Positions 1 through 8,177 of a DNA stretch of 32,457 nucleotides are shown piece by piece. Positions within the stretch are counted from its first letter, which is position 1, and each line of letters opens with the position of its first letter. The notes beneath the pieces were generated by a model. The model ran no database searches, was not told the DNA's origin, and saw only the letters and a program-made list of their open reading frames with translations. Where the stretch lies: the IMG/VR virus record IMGVR_UViG_3300044674_002756, positions 1 to 32,457 of that record, one strand, 5' to 3'. The position numbers and the translations under genes are program-made. This stretch comes from a virus (taxonomy: Duplodnaviria > Caudoviricetes).

Positions 1-331
1 CGCACTATTAATATAAGGAATACTTCCTCTGTTAAGCTCAAAAATTTTGATTTCAACAGCGCCCGAAACCTTTAAATAACCCTTTTTTGGCAAATCCTAA
101 GGATTGGGCTTTTTGCCCATATATATACCTTTGCTTTGCTGTGGCGGGGGGTACAATATGGATTCCGCGTAATATAAGTGTATCGATTGCCCGAAAAAAA
201 AGTGCCTCGGCGATAGGTTTATATAGGGGACTGCCCCCTAGGCTTGCCATACCAAATTGTAAATCTGAAAACCTTTTGTTAGTCTGACCTAACGCGGGAT
301 CAGTAAATCGGGGGTTTCGCCTCTCCATAGA

Positions 332-468
332 AAATATTACTAACTTCTCATAACATCATAAAAGCATTTTTTTGGTGTTTTTATTTACTTATCCTAGGCA
401 CAAACTCGGGGATTTTATGTCTTTTGACATATCATTTTACCCAAAATCGTGCGAGGTTAGTAATATTT
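332..468. repeat. 137-bp AT-rich element copy A, bounded by 19-bp imperfect inverted repeats (candidate origin/protein-binding element)
   Basis: Left arm AAATATTACTAACTTCTCA (332-350) vs reverse complement of right arm AAATATTACTAACCTCGCA (450-468): 17/19 identical, first 13 perfect. Homologous to 25403-25539. Confidence 0.85.
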
Positions 469-495
469 ATATTAGGGTTTATCTATACATATATT
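466..495 (+). promoter_or_regulatory. Archaeal TATA-box promoter (leaderless)
   Basis: TTTATATT at 466, 30 nt before ATG 496; the same spacing recurs genome-wide. Confidence 0.65.
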
Positions 496-639
496 ATGAA
501 AACACAATATGATGAATATAATTGGGAAGAGAAAGGGTGGAATCCTGACGTCTATATGACATGGGAGATATATTCTGCCAAAAAATCACGCAAAGGTGGT
601 ATGATGAATCCGTTCACAGGTCAGGTATCTCATAGATGA
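496..639 (+). CDS. Small hypothetical protein (47 aa, MKTQYDEY...)
   Basis: Start moved from track 424 to ATG 496 by TATA spacing; stop overlaps the next ATG (ATGA). Confidence 0.6.
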   Translation: MKTQYDEYNWEEKGWNPDVYMTWEIYSAKKSRKGGMMNPFTGQVSHR

Positions 640-1061
640 GTGGCATTTTCTTATCTCAGCAACAGCCCAAACACCCTAACAGGGACGAATTCAGGACAGA
701 AACTAGGAATAGAATAAAGGAATTGATAGGCAAGAAATGTGGGCAATGCGGGGAAACACGAATCAAGGCTCTGTTGAGGCAGAAAGACCATACCATATCA
801 TGCTATAATTGCAAGAAACACAATAAGAAATACGCCTACGAGATTTCGGGGAATATGCAGAGAAATACGAGACTGCATTATGAAGAGATCTCTGCATTGA
901 ATGGTCATTGTTATAATGACTATTGCTCAGAGATTCGACCTAAAACTCTAATGGTTATATCATTTAGAGGTGGAAAAGGTCTAATTTGTCGTAATTGTGA
1001 TAGATGTAATAATAAGAAACTCAGGTATGAGACATACGATAATGTTGTTCTGCCATGGTAA
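636..1061 (+). CDS. Cys-rich protein with two degenerate HNH-like Zn modules
   Basis: Internal repeat: KCGQCGETRIKAL...ISCYNC and HCYNDYCSEIRPKTL...LICRNC; catalytic HNH residues not evident. Confidence 0.55.
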   Translation: MSGIFLSQQQPKHPNRDEFRTETRNRIKELIGKKCGQCGETRIKALLRQKDHTISCYNCKKHNKKYAYEISGNMQRNTRLHYEEISALNGHCYNDYCSEIRPKTLMVISFRGGKGLICRNCDRCNNKKLRYETYDNVVLPW

Positions 1062-1097
1062 ATACATTCTATATATATTAAGCTCTGTAATATAGAC

Positions 1098-1829
1098 ATG
1101 GATTTAATGACAGATGAATTTATGAGAGAATTATCTAATAATGCTTATAGACATAGATTTAGACAGTTAGAGGCACAGGGATATAACCCAACAGTACCTA
1201 GTGGCAATTTTGCTGATATTTGGTTTAATGCAGTTGATTTGGTATATCCGACTGTAGCAAGAACATTGACAGTACAATCAACAGGTAATGATACAGATGG
1301 CGGAACAGGTGCAAGAACAGTTGTAATTAACGGATTAAACTCAGCATGGGAAGAAATATCAGAAACAATCACATTGAATGAAGCAACAGATCCGACAACC
1401 ACAAATGAATTTATCAGAGTCAATACTTGTTTTGTAGATGAAGTAGGTACAGGCGAAGTTAATGAGAATAATATAACATTTACAACTACAACAGATTTGG
1501 AAATACAGGCAAACATAGAATCAGGTATAGGACAGACACAGAAATCACATTACTCTTGTCCAATAAATCATAAAATGATGATGGGTAGTTGGATTGTTTC
1601 ATCAGGTAAAGGAGAAGATTTTGAATTAAGATTAATGTCTAGAGAATTTGGTAAATCATGGCACACAGTACATAGATCATTAGTATATGAAAGTCATGTA
1701 ACAGAACATATTAACGGTACAATATCGGCAAAATCAGATGTTAAAGTCATGGCAAAATCTATCACATCAAACAACAAACCAATGAACTGTTCTTACGATT
1801 TCGTATTATCCCCAGATACATATCTGTAA
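1098..1829 (+). CDS. Thr-rich beta-strand hypothetical phage protein (possibly virion-associated)
   Basis: 243 aa with DTDGGTGARTVVINGL...EISETITLN...FIRVN pattern recalled from marine phage hypotheticals; function unknown. Confidence 0.6.
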   Translation: MDLMTDEFMRELSNNAYRHRFRQLEAQGYNPTVPSGNFADIWFNAVDLVYPTVARTLTVQSTGNDTDGGTGARTVVINGLNSAWEEISETITLNEATDPTTTNEFIRVNTCFVDEVGTGEVNENNITFTTTTDLEIQANIESGIGQTQKSHYSCPINHKMMMGSWIVSSGKGEDFELRLMSREFGKSWHTVHRSLVYESHVTEHINGTISAKSDVKVMAKSITSNNKPMNCSYDFVLSPDTYL

Positions 1830-1860
1830 TTTGTAACTACAAATATTAGTAATCGATACG

Positions 1861-1890
1861 TTTATATAGAGTATATGTATATACTATGTA
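1861..1890 (+). promoter_or_regulatory. TATA-box promoter
   Basis: TTTATATA at 1861, 30 nt before ATG 1891. Confidence 0.75.
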
Positions 1891-2220
1891 ATGACTAGCA
1901 TATCAGAATTTGAAACAGAAAGCAATTCAATTTCACTTGCAAAAGTAGATGGAAAACCATTTACAATTACAGGTGTCGAGCGTTCAGATTACGAAGAAGG
2001 TACAGGCGACAGCAGAACAGCAACTCCGGGAGTTAAAATTACCGTCAAAGAGTCTTTTGATGGCGTCAATGTTCTTCACACAACTAGAACGGCAATCGTT
2101 TCAAAACTAACTAGCGAAGCAGTCTTGCAAGCATTAGAGTCTGGCACAATAGGACCCGTTAAATGTGAAAAAGCAAAATCTGGAAACGGAAAAGACTACT
2201 TCAAACTCGTTGACGCATAA
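1891..2220 (+). CDS. Putative ssDNA-binding (OB-fold-like) protein
   Basis: 109 aa beta-rich, C-terminal KSGNGKDYFKL motif, own promoter and terminator. The function call is tentative. Confidence 0.4.
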   Translation: MTSISEFETESNSISLAKVDGKPFTITGVERSDYEEGTGDSRTATPGVKITVKESFDGVNVLHTTRTAIVSKLTSEAVLQALESGTIGPVKCEKAKSGNGKDYFKLVDA

Positions 2221-2232
2221 TAGCGCAACACC

Positions 2233-2247
2233 TTTTTTTCTTTTTTT
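2233..2247 (+). terminator. Oligo-T archaeal-type terminator
   Basis: TTTTTTTCTTTTTTT immediately after the stop at 2220. Confidence 0.6.
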
Positions 2248-2280
2248 ACTTCTAGTAAACCATTATCATTCTATATAGTT

Positions 2281-2466
2281 ATGAACTGCCCAATATGCAA
2301 AGCAAAAGTATTGAACAACTCAGATTATTCAGTCCACATGAACAAGGCTCACAGAGGTAAGTCATATAGTCCCTTAACTTACAAAGATTTAAATAAGGGA
2401 AAAGGTAATACAAACCATGAGTCAAATAACAGAAATAAAACAAATGTGGATAATCGCTTGGGATAA
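2281..2466 (+). CDS. C2H2 zinc-finger protein
   Basis: CPIC-x12-HMNKAH; ACTTCT motif 33 nt upstream. Confidence 0.65.
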   Translation: MNCPICKAKVLNNSDYSVHMNKAHRGKSYSPLTYKDLNKGKGNTNHESNNRNKTNVDNRLG

Positions 2467-2578
2467 CAAGTTCGGCGAAGAGGTAAAACTCACTCATCAG
2501 TATGAGGAAGAGATTTACAAGTTTGGCGAGGTGTTATTAAGTGAGGGAAAGGATATAAGAGTATGTCAGATGGAATAG
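2417..2578 (+). CDS. Small hypothetical protein (53 aa, MSQITEIKQMWIIAWDNKF...), absent from track
   Basis: Manual translation; fills the gap before the Cas4-like gene and overlaps its start. Confidence 0.55.
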   Translation: MSQITEIKQMWIIAWDNKFGEEVKLTHQYEEEIYKFGEVLLSEGKDIRVCQME

Positions 2579-3261
2579 ATTATAGTGAAACAGAAGATAT
2601 TATTGATTCTCTCTATGAGCAATCCATCATTGATAAGTGTGCCGCTGAGCCTCAGCGTAAGTCAATCCATGTATCTGATCTCACATCTGAATGCATGAGA
2701 AAGGCATGGTATAGATTAAATGAACACGCAATAGATTTAAAGGACTTTAAGAAATCATTGCCTCTAGTACATGGTACGGCACTTCATGAAGTATGTAACC
2801 TTGGTGGAGTAGAACACGAACTCTCAATGTTTTGTAACATTAAAGAGGGTAGACTAAAAAAGGACGGAGACGGACTTTACGATTGTGTAAAAGGATCCAT
2901 GGACGACTTGGTAGAAATAGATGATGAGTTGATTATCTGTGATAAGAAAACTACAAAGAAATCAATACCAAGAGAAGTACCTGACAACTACAAGGCACAG
3001 ATGAACATTTATAAGCTTCTGTATTATATTGCTAGTGATGGCGTGGAAATTGAAAGGGCTTGTATTATTTATATCGATAAATCATCTGCTTGGGAACGTC
3101 ATAAGACGAGATGTTTCGACCTTAAACCTATTGAAGAAATCCGTCAATATGTTTTGGACAAACTACAAGTTCTCGATACTGCCGTCCCGCCTAAAAAGGT
3201 TGTAACATTCTTATGTCCTTGGTGTAGTTATTATACCGAGTGTAATCCTAACGGGTACTAA
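2563..3261 (+). CDS. Cas4-like/RecB-family PD-(D/E)XK exonuclease with 4-Cys Fe-S motif
   Basis: HVSDL..CMRKAWY, GTALHE, GSMDD...DKKT, QMNIY, C-terminal CPWCSYYTEC. Confidence 0.85.
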   Translation: MSDGIDYSETEDIIDSLYEQSIIDKCAAEPQRKSIHVSDLTSECMRKAWYRLNEHAIDLKDFKKSLPLVHGTALHEVCNLGGVEHELSMFCNIKEGRLKKDGDGLYDCVKGSMDDLVEIDDELIICDKKTTKKSIPREVPDNYKAQMNIYKLLYYIASDGVEIERACIIYIDKSSAWERHKTRCFDLKPIEEIRQYVLDKLQVLDTAVPPKKVVTFLCPWCSYYTECNPNGY

Positions 3262-3294
3262 ACGTATATATAGGGCGTACACTCTATACTATAC

Positions 3295-3633
3295 ATGACG
3301 ACCAAACTATTCACATACGGACTTTTACAAGTTCCAAGAATACAACAACAACTCTTTAAGAGAAATATAGAACAAACTACAGGGATTCTGTTTGGATATA
3401 AGATATCTAACACCCTAGTTAACGGTCTATATAAAACTATAGAAAAAACCAATCCTGAATTTTTTATTGAAGGAACAATACTATTCCTAAACGACGAGGA
3501 TATTGCAAAGTGTGATAAATTCGAGGGAGTAGAGGCAGGCTTGTATAAACGAATAGATGTAGAGGGAGAAATGCAAGCATATATAGCCGACAACAGAGCA
3601 TACAGAGAACTTGAGGCAGAGGAAATTGAGTAA
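3295..3633 (+). CDS. Gamma-glutamylcyclotransferase (AIG2-like) family protein
   Basis: LFTYGLLQ N-terminal motif, IEGTI, CDKFEG...LYKR; TATA 30 nt upstream. Confidence 0.8.
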   Translation: MTTKLFTYGLLQVPRIQQQLFKRNIEQTTGILFGYKISNTLVNGLYKTIEKTNPEFFIEGTILFLNDEDIAKCDKFEGVEAGLYKRIDVEGEMQAYIADNRAYRELEAEEIE

Positions 3634-3724
3634 GTGCAAGGTATGTAACAAAGGGGACAAACCCTTTTGTAAAAAACACGACGGCGAATACAGAGTAGAA
3701 TGGGAAAAGGAGAACTACCTTTGA
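3626..3724 (+). CDS. Micro Zn-finger protein (32 aa, CKVC...CKKH), absent from track
   Basis: TTG start overlapping the GGCT 3' end; its TGA overlaps TTG 3721 of the next gene. Confidence 0.5.
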   Translation: MSKCKVCNKGDKPFCKKHDGEYRVEWEKENYL

Positions 3725-4512
3725 ACATCTTGCACGTAGGCGACATGGCAGGCTCAGCCGCAATAACATCTCATATGTGTTCCAAACTTGACTATCCGTC
3801 AGTTGTCATAACCGACGACAAGACAGACATATGGGATCACGGAGAATATTATCAGAACACCGTGAAATGCAAGACCACAGACGTCATGGTTGAAGTCATA
3901 AAAGATACCATAGATCAGTATGACCACATAGTATATCACGACAGGTTTGACATAGCCGCAATACTAGATGATCTTCATGTAGACTCTTCATTCATGTTCC
4001 ATGGCAATATGCTGAGACAGGCACCTGATCTGTATCATCATGTAGATTCATTGGAGTCTATAGACAATCTGTTTATAACAACAGAAGACTTGAAGAAATA
4101 TGCACCTACAGCCGAACTGTTTCATAGACCTGTAGACCTTGATCTGTTCTACATGGACACAAAGGCAGACAGACTGGACATGGGATTATGTCTTACACAG
4201 GAACGTTATATGAAAGAGTGTAACATACTTACTGTAGACGCAGAAAAGATGGTACTTGTTGCAGATAGAGTCAAGAATACAAGACCTTATAGTGAAATGC
4301 CTGCATTCCTAAATGGATTCAAGTATTACTATGATATAAAGTATCAGCCAACACACCCGCCAATGATGATCCCAGAGTTATCACAAACTGGATTACAAGC
4401 ACTTGCGTGTGGCTGTGCAGTATGGAGTAACGGGATATGGATTACAAAGTTCCCAGAGATTCACTCAGACGAGTGGGCTTGTAAAGAGTTTATAAGTGTT
4501 CTTGAAGAATAA
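3700..4512 (+). CDS. Glycosyltransferase, GT-B fold (GT4-like)
   Basis: NILHVG N-terminus, FHG, PVDLDLF, YSEMPAFLN, SQTGLQALACG. True start may be TTG 3721. Confidence 0.75.
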   Translation: MGKGELPLNILHVGDMAGSAAITSHMCSKLDYPSVVITDDKTDIWDHGEYYQNTVKCKTTDVMVEVIKDTIDQYDHIVYHDRFDIAAILDDLHVDSSFMFHGNMLRQAPDLYHHVDSLESIDNLFITTEDLKKYAPTAELFHRPVDLDLFYMDTKADRLDMGLCLTQERYMKECNILTVDAEKMVLVADRVKNTRPYSEMPAFLNGFKYYYDIKYQPTHPPMMIPELSQTGLQALACGCAVWSNGIWITKFPEIHSDEWACKEFISVLEE

Positions 4513-4517
4513 ACCGC

Positions 4518-5099
4518 ATGGTCAAGGGAAAACGAGGCAACAAAGCCCGTCCCACAAAAGATCTCTCAGAGATGAAGAATATCCTGAGGATCATGTGGAT
4601 TTTTCAAGGTTTTTCAATTAGAAAGATGAGCAGAGAGTTCAACAACAATCCAGAATATGTAGCAAAGTACGGTACCGTCTCTGTATCTTCTGTAACAGGT
4701 TATGTCAAGGAATTCAGAAGAGACGCAGAGAAATGGTATGACGAGGACGCAGTAGAGAAATATGCCGCAGAGTTTGTACGCAAACAGCATACCATAGACG
4801 AACAGGTAGATCGTATAGACGAGGTACAACGTCTTATAGATGTTACAGATCCGAAAGAAAGGGAATTATTCCTAAAATTTGAGATGGCAAAGCATACTTT
4901 ACATCAGGATCAGATCAAGATGATGAGTGAGATTGAATTGGTACTCCATATTAAGCGCTTAAACAAGGAACGAAGGATAAAGAATGAGACTATAGTTAAA
5001 CTGCCTGACAAGGAAGATCAGGAGAAAGCCACCGCATTAAAGCGAGGGTATTTAAACGTAAACACAATAGAAGAGGAAGATGGCAGTACAAAAGAGTGA
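4518..5099 (+). CDS. Putative terminase small subunit
   Basis: N-terminal HTH-like segment (GFSIRKMSREF...VSSVTGYV) and helical oligomerisation region; upstream of terL; TTTATAAG 29 nt upstream. Confidence 0.55.
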   Translation: MVKGKRGNKARPTKDLSEMKNILRIMWIFQGFSIRKMSREFNNNPEYVAKYGTVSVSSVTGYVKEFRRDAEKWYDEDAVEKYAAEFVRKQHTIDEQVDRIDEVQRLIDVTDPKERELFLKFEMAKHTLHQDQIKMMSEIELVLHIKRLNKERRIKNETIVKLPDKEDQEKATALKRGYLNVNTIEEEDGSTKE

Positions 5100-5190
5100 G
5101 GAATGTCATAGATGTGGCACCCATATTACAGGTGGCGCTTACATGATGAAGTTACACCTTAAACGACACAGTAACAAACAAGAGGATTAA
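5080..5190 (+). CDS. Micro C2H2 zinc-finger (36 aa), absent from track
   Basis: MAVQKSEECHRCGTHITGGAYMMKLHLKRHSNKQED; GAGG upstream. Confidence 0.6.
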   Translation: MAVQKSEECHRCGTHITGGAYMMKLHLKRHSNKQED

Positions 5191-5191
5191 T

Positions 5192-5362
5192 ATGGGTTTG
5201 TTTGATGGTTTTATTAGAGGATTAAGAAAATCTTTTTCAGGAGAAGATTATTTGAGAGATATTAATAGATGTAAAACTTGTGGAAAACCTAGTTTCTTTT
5301 CTAACTGCTTAAAATGCGAAACTGACGAAGCATATAAAGGTTGGAATAAAAACAATGACTAA
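5192..5362 (+). CDS. Small Zn-ribbon protein (56 aa), absent from track
   Basis: MGLFDGFIRGLRKSFSG...CKTC...CLKC...; coupled to neighbours on both sides. Confidence 0.65.
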   Translation: MGLFDGFIRGLRKSFSGEDYLRDINRCKTCGKPSFFSNCLKCETDEAYKGWNKNND

Positions 5363-6800
5363 AGGTTTTGTATCTGAAGAAACCAAGCGTTTCATAAATG
5401 TCGAGGGCAAGATTGTAAAGAAGAAAGTCTATCCTGAAAAGTTTTGGTGTTATGATCCTTTATGTGAAGATGAGTCATGTTGTTTTTGGCACTATATATT
5501 CTATCCAAACGGGGGTCCCGAAAGGGACGGCATATTCCACCCGTGTTACAAATACGAACAGGAGATCGTAGAGTATCTGGATCAGGGCAAATTAGATTCT
5601 GCAAAAAAGATGATGTGTGTTTACAAGGCAACTGGATTAGGTCTTACAGAACTTATATTGATGTGGATTCTACACAGAGCCGCTACGGATCCGTTCTTTC
5701 AACAGAATGAGGACGTAGTAATCTTCACGGGTCCAAATATTGAACTTGCCAAGAAACTTATCGAACGTATGAAACATTTTGCAAACGAAAGAGTAGAGTA
5801 CGAAGACCATGGTATGTATAAGATTCAGATAGGCAAGTGTAACATACAGGTATATCCGTCAAACAACATTGACGCAGTCAGAGGTATTCCTAGAGTGTCT
5901 TGTGTGTTCGGAGACGAAGCCGCATTCTTTACAGGACTTAAAGACGACAAACAAATTAGAACTGTAGGAGAACGTTACAGAGGAAAGTCAGACAGTTATG
6001 TTATTTGGGTATCAACCGCAGGGGACTTTGCCAACGGTTTCTTTTATGATATCAAGGAAGAGCCTGACGCAGTATGTCAGTATAAGCGCTTCGAGATGTA
6101 TGAAGATAGGGGCTTAGAGAAAGATCTGATCACAGGTACATCTATATTCTCTGATGATTATATTGACGAGGCACGCAAACTGCCGTCATTTCCCCAAGAA
6201 TTTCAGGGAATATGGGGTGCCAATGTAGGGGATATCTACTCAACAGAGGCATTGGACGAGGTTACGGATATGGATTACGAAATAGATTATGAATTAGGAA
6301 GCAAGAACAGACTGGGATTCTGTGATCCCGGATTCGGATCTTCTCAGTTTGGTATTTGCATTACAGAGATGAGAGACAATATGCCTTATGTTATTTATAG
6401 CAAGTCATACAAGAGACAGTCAGCAACAGCCATGGTAAAAGAGATTAGCAGATTGGCAGATTTGTTCTCAGTACACAAGTGGGGTTGTGATAAGGCTAAC
6501 CCTGAAATTATAAAGGATATGCGTGAGACTTTGCACCTTAATGTTACTGCAATATCTAACAAGGAGTCAGGTAGAAAAATGACAGTACAAGCCGCTACAA
6601 AAGTACAGAAGAAAAAGGTTAGAATCCACCCTAGATTTATGAACTTGAAGAAACAACTAATGACTATTACGTTTGGTAAGAACGGACAGCCAAACAAGAC
6701 AAAGGATAATCCGTTCGACGAGGGAGACGCATTTCAAGGAAATTTGTATCTAAGGTTTAGTGGCTCTGGGCATTTATCGATTCAATATGACACAGAATAG
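5355..6800 (+). CDS. terL: Terminase large subunit
   Basis: Deviant Walker A KATGLGLTE, Walker B VFGDEAAF, motif III VSTAG, RNase H-like nuclease FCDPGFG...DEGDA. Confidence 0.92.
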   Translation: MTKGFVSEETKRFINVEGKIVKKKVYPEKFWCYDPLCEDESCCFWHYIFYPNGGPERDGIFHPCYKYEQEIVEYLDQGKLDSAKKMMCVYKATGLGLTELILMWILHRAATDPFFQQNEDVVIFTGPNIELAKKLIERMKHFANERVEYEDHGMYKIQIGKCNIQVYPSNNIDAVRGIPRVSCVFGDEAAFFTGLKDDKQIRTVGERYRGKSDSYVIWVSTAGDFANGFFYDIKEEPDAVCQYKRFEMYEDRGLEKDLITGTSIFSDDYIDEARKLPSFPQEFQGIWGANVGDIYSTEALDEVTDMDYEIDYELGSKNRLGFCDPGFGSSQFGICITEMRDNMPYVIYSKSYKRQSATAMVKEISRLADLFSVHKWGCDKANPEIIKDMRETLHLNVTAISNKESGRKMTVQAATKVQKKKVRIHPRFMNLKKQLMTITFGKNGQPNKTKDNPFDEGDAFQGNLYLRFSGSGHLSIQYDTE

Positions 6801-7026
6801 AAATATAAGATCCTACGTTAACTCTCATTAACTCAATGCCTTGTTTTACCAAGTGATGTAGTTGTTCGTTCTGTAACATATCAGTAGTCAATGATTCTCC
6901 GTGCAAGTGCATTGGAGATCTGTGTACTTCATAGATTCCGTAACTCTCATAATGGTCTAAGGTCTTAGACGGGTGTACATATTTGAATTGCCAACGCTTG
7001 GTCTTTGGATTAAGTTCCATTTCCAT
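6757..7026 (-). CDS. Hypothetical protein
   Basis: Last gene of the reverse cassette; 3' end overlaps terL by 44 nt. Confidence 0.4.
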   Translation of the reverse strand: MEMELNPKTKRWQFKYVHPSKTLDHYESYGIYEVHRSPMHLHGESLTTDMLQNEQLHHLVKQGIELMRVNVGSYISILCHIESINAQSH

Positions 7027-7049
7027 GCCAGACTGCGGAGTGTGTTTTG

Positions 7050-7334
7050 CTAACGTTTTAATAACCTCTGTATTAAGTGGTCAGGTCGTATATTTAAACC
7101 GTACCTGTCTTCAACTATGTCTATAAGGAACAGTCTGAAAATACTGACACTTGTATAAATTATACCTATAAACAATGCGGCTAAATATGGATTATCTATT
7201 ATAATTTCAGAAAACAAAGGCAATACTAACAGGTTAAGGAAAAAGGCAATAGGCATACCACTTCCTGATGAGAAAGTAGCCTTGCCAATCAGGTATCTGA
7301 TCGATTTGTTGGACTTGAAATCTCTACTTACCAA
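7050..7334 (-). CDS. Two-TM membrane protein
   Basis: Two hydrophobic helices (IAFFLNLLVLPLF; LAALFIGIIYTSVSIF); overlaps the upstream gene. Confidence 0.65.
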   Translation of the reverse strand: MVSRDFKSNKSIRYLIGKATFSSGSGMPIAFFLNLLVLPLFSEIIIDNPYLAALFIGIIYTSVSIFRLFLIDIVEDRYGLNIRPDHLIQRLLKR

Positions 7335-7743
7335 ACCTAGTGTCCTCTCCTATCTTGGACTCTACACAGTCGCTTAACATTGCGGCACAGGCTAATACAT
7401 GGTCAGTATGTCTCAAGCCTGAATCTGTATCAAATTCTTGACCGCCTAGCCATGCGAAAAGGTGTCTAAGCAAGGCAGAACTGTATCTGTCCCATGACAA
7501 TCCCTCTCCGTTCTTGTAATTAAAGGAATCATATTTTAAGGCACCGTGAGTTAATGCTCTAGCCATGGCAAAGGCGGCGTGAGCAGGGATTAGGCTCATT
7601 TTAGGCTTGCCGTCGTCGTACTTAATCGGATCCATCTTGTTCCCTCGTTTTTCTCCAACATTCTTCGCAGATAGCAACGTTGTCGGTGTGTCTTCTGACA
7701 TAAATAACACCTTTATCTGTATCTGCTCTTTTTTCACAGTCAA
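7324..7743 (-). CDS. dATP/dGTP diphosphohydrolase N-terminal domain protein (DUF5664-like)
   Basis: KYDDGKPKMSLIP, GALKY..FNY, RYSSALLRHL..W..G...DTDSGL.H..H signature; start uncertain. Confidence 0.8.
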   Translation of the reverse strand: MTVKKEQIQIKVLFMSEDTPTTLLSAKNVGEKRGNKMDPIKYDDGKPKMSLIPAHAAFAMARALTHGALKYDSFNYKNGEGLSWDRYSSALLRHLFAWLGGQEFDTDSGLRHTDHVLACAAMLSDCVESKIGEDTRFGK

Positions 7744-7788
7744 TACATATTTCCATACTTCTTTATATCATAACCACAATATAAGTGT

Positions 7789-8133
7789 ATGCTTACATTA
7801 AAATTAGACACAGAAGAATGGGTTAGAGAGGACTATACTACTACATCAGGTAATGGTATATCATTTACAATATATCAGGAAGAAAAAATGGTAAATGTCT
7901 TTGATTTAACCAATTATACATTAGAATTTGAATTATATGACCAAGATGGCATTAGAATAGTCTCAGAAGACTGTGATAAGGTTGTAGCCGCCTCAGGTAC
8001 AGGAGAATATCTACCACCCTCAGGATATTTGGATATAAACTTTATAGGAGAGGTTGTAATCGTATTAACAGGTACAAATGAACAGTTATCTGCCCGTGGA
8101 ACTAACGGATCAGGTAAATTAAGAATTAGATAA
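7789..8133 (+). CDS. Beta-sandwich hypothetical, BppU-N-like putative structural protein
   Basis: FDLTNYTLEFEL...ASGTGEY pattern; ACTTCT 32 nt upstream. Confidence 0.45.
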   Translation: MLTLKLDTEEWVREDYTTTSGNGISFTIYQEEKMVNVFDLTNYTLEFELYDQDGIRIVSEDCDKVVAASGTGEYLPPSGYLDINFIGEVVIVLTGTNEQLSARGTNGSGKLRIR

Positions 8134-8177
8134 CCATAATACTTCTGTTTATTAACTAAAACGTAGAAAAGACTATA

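Noticed and set aside
53-328. Track ORFs 53-328(-) and 87-287(+)
   Set aside because: Atypical composition, no correctly spaced promoter, and the region is hairpin-rich; likely non-coding.
323-334. CTCCATAGAAAA as canonical mini-ORB
   Set aside because: Spacing between TCCA and GAAA is one base short and it occurs once.
332-468. 137-bp elements as MITEs
   Set aside because: No target-site duplication visible, no transposase, only two copies, and the interior has diverged while length is fixed. Not fully excluded.
1841-1853. AAATATTAGTAAT as a third copy of the inverted-repeat arm
   Set aside because: Only 11/13 match in AT-rich DNA, with no partner arm; may be chance.
2563-3261. CRISPR-Cas system
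   Set aside because: Only a solo Cas4-like nuclease; no cas1/cas2 or repeat-spacer array seen.
7324-7743. Z-genome (2-aminoadenine) pathway
   Set aside because: No PurZ, HD-domain dATPase or viral polymerase in the window.
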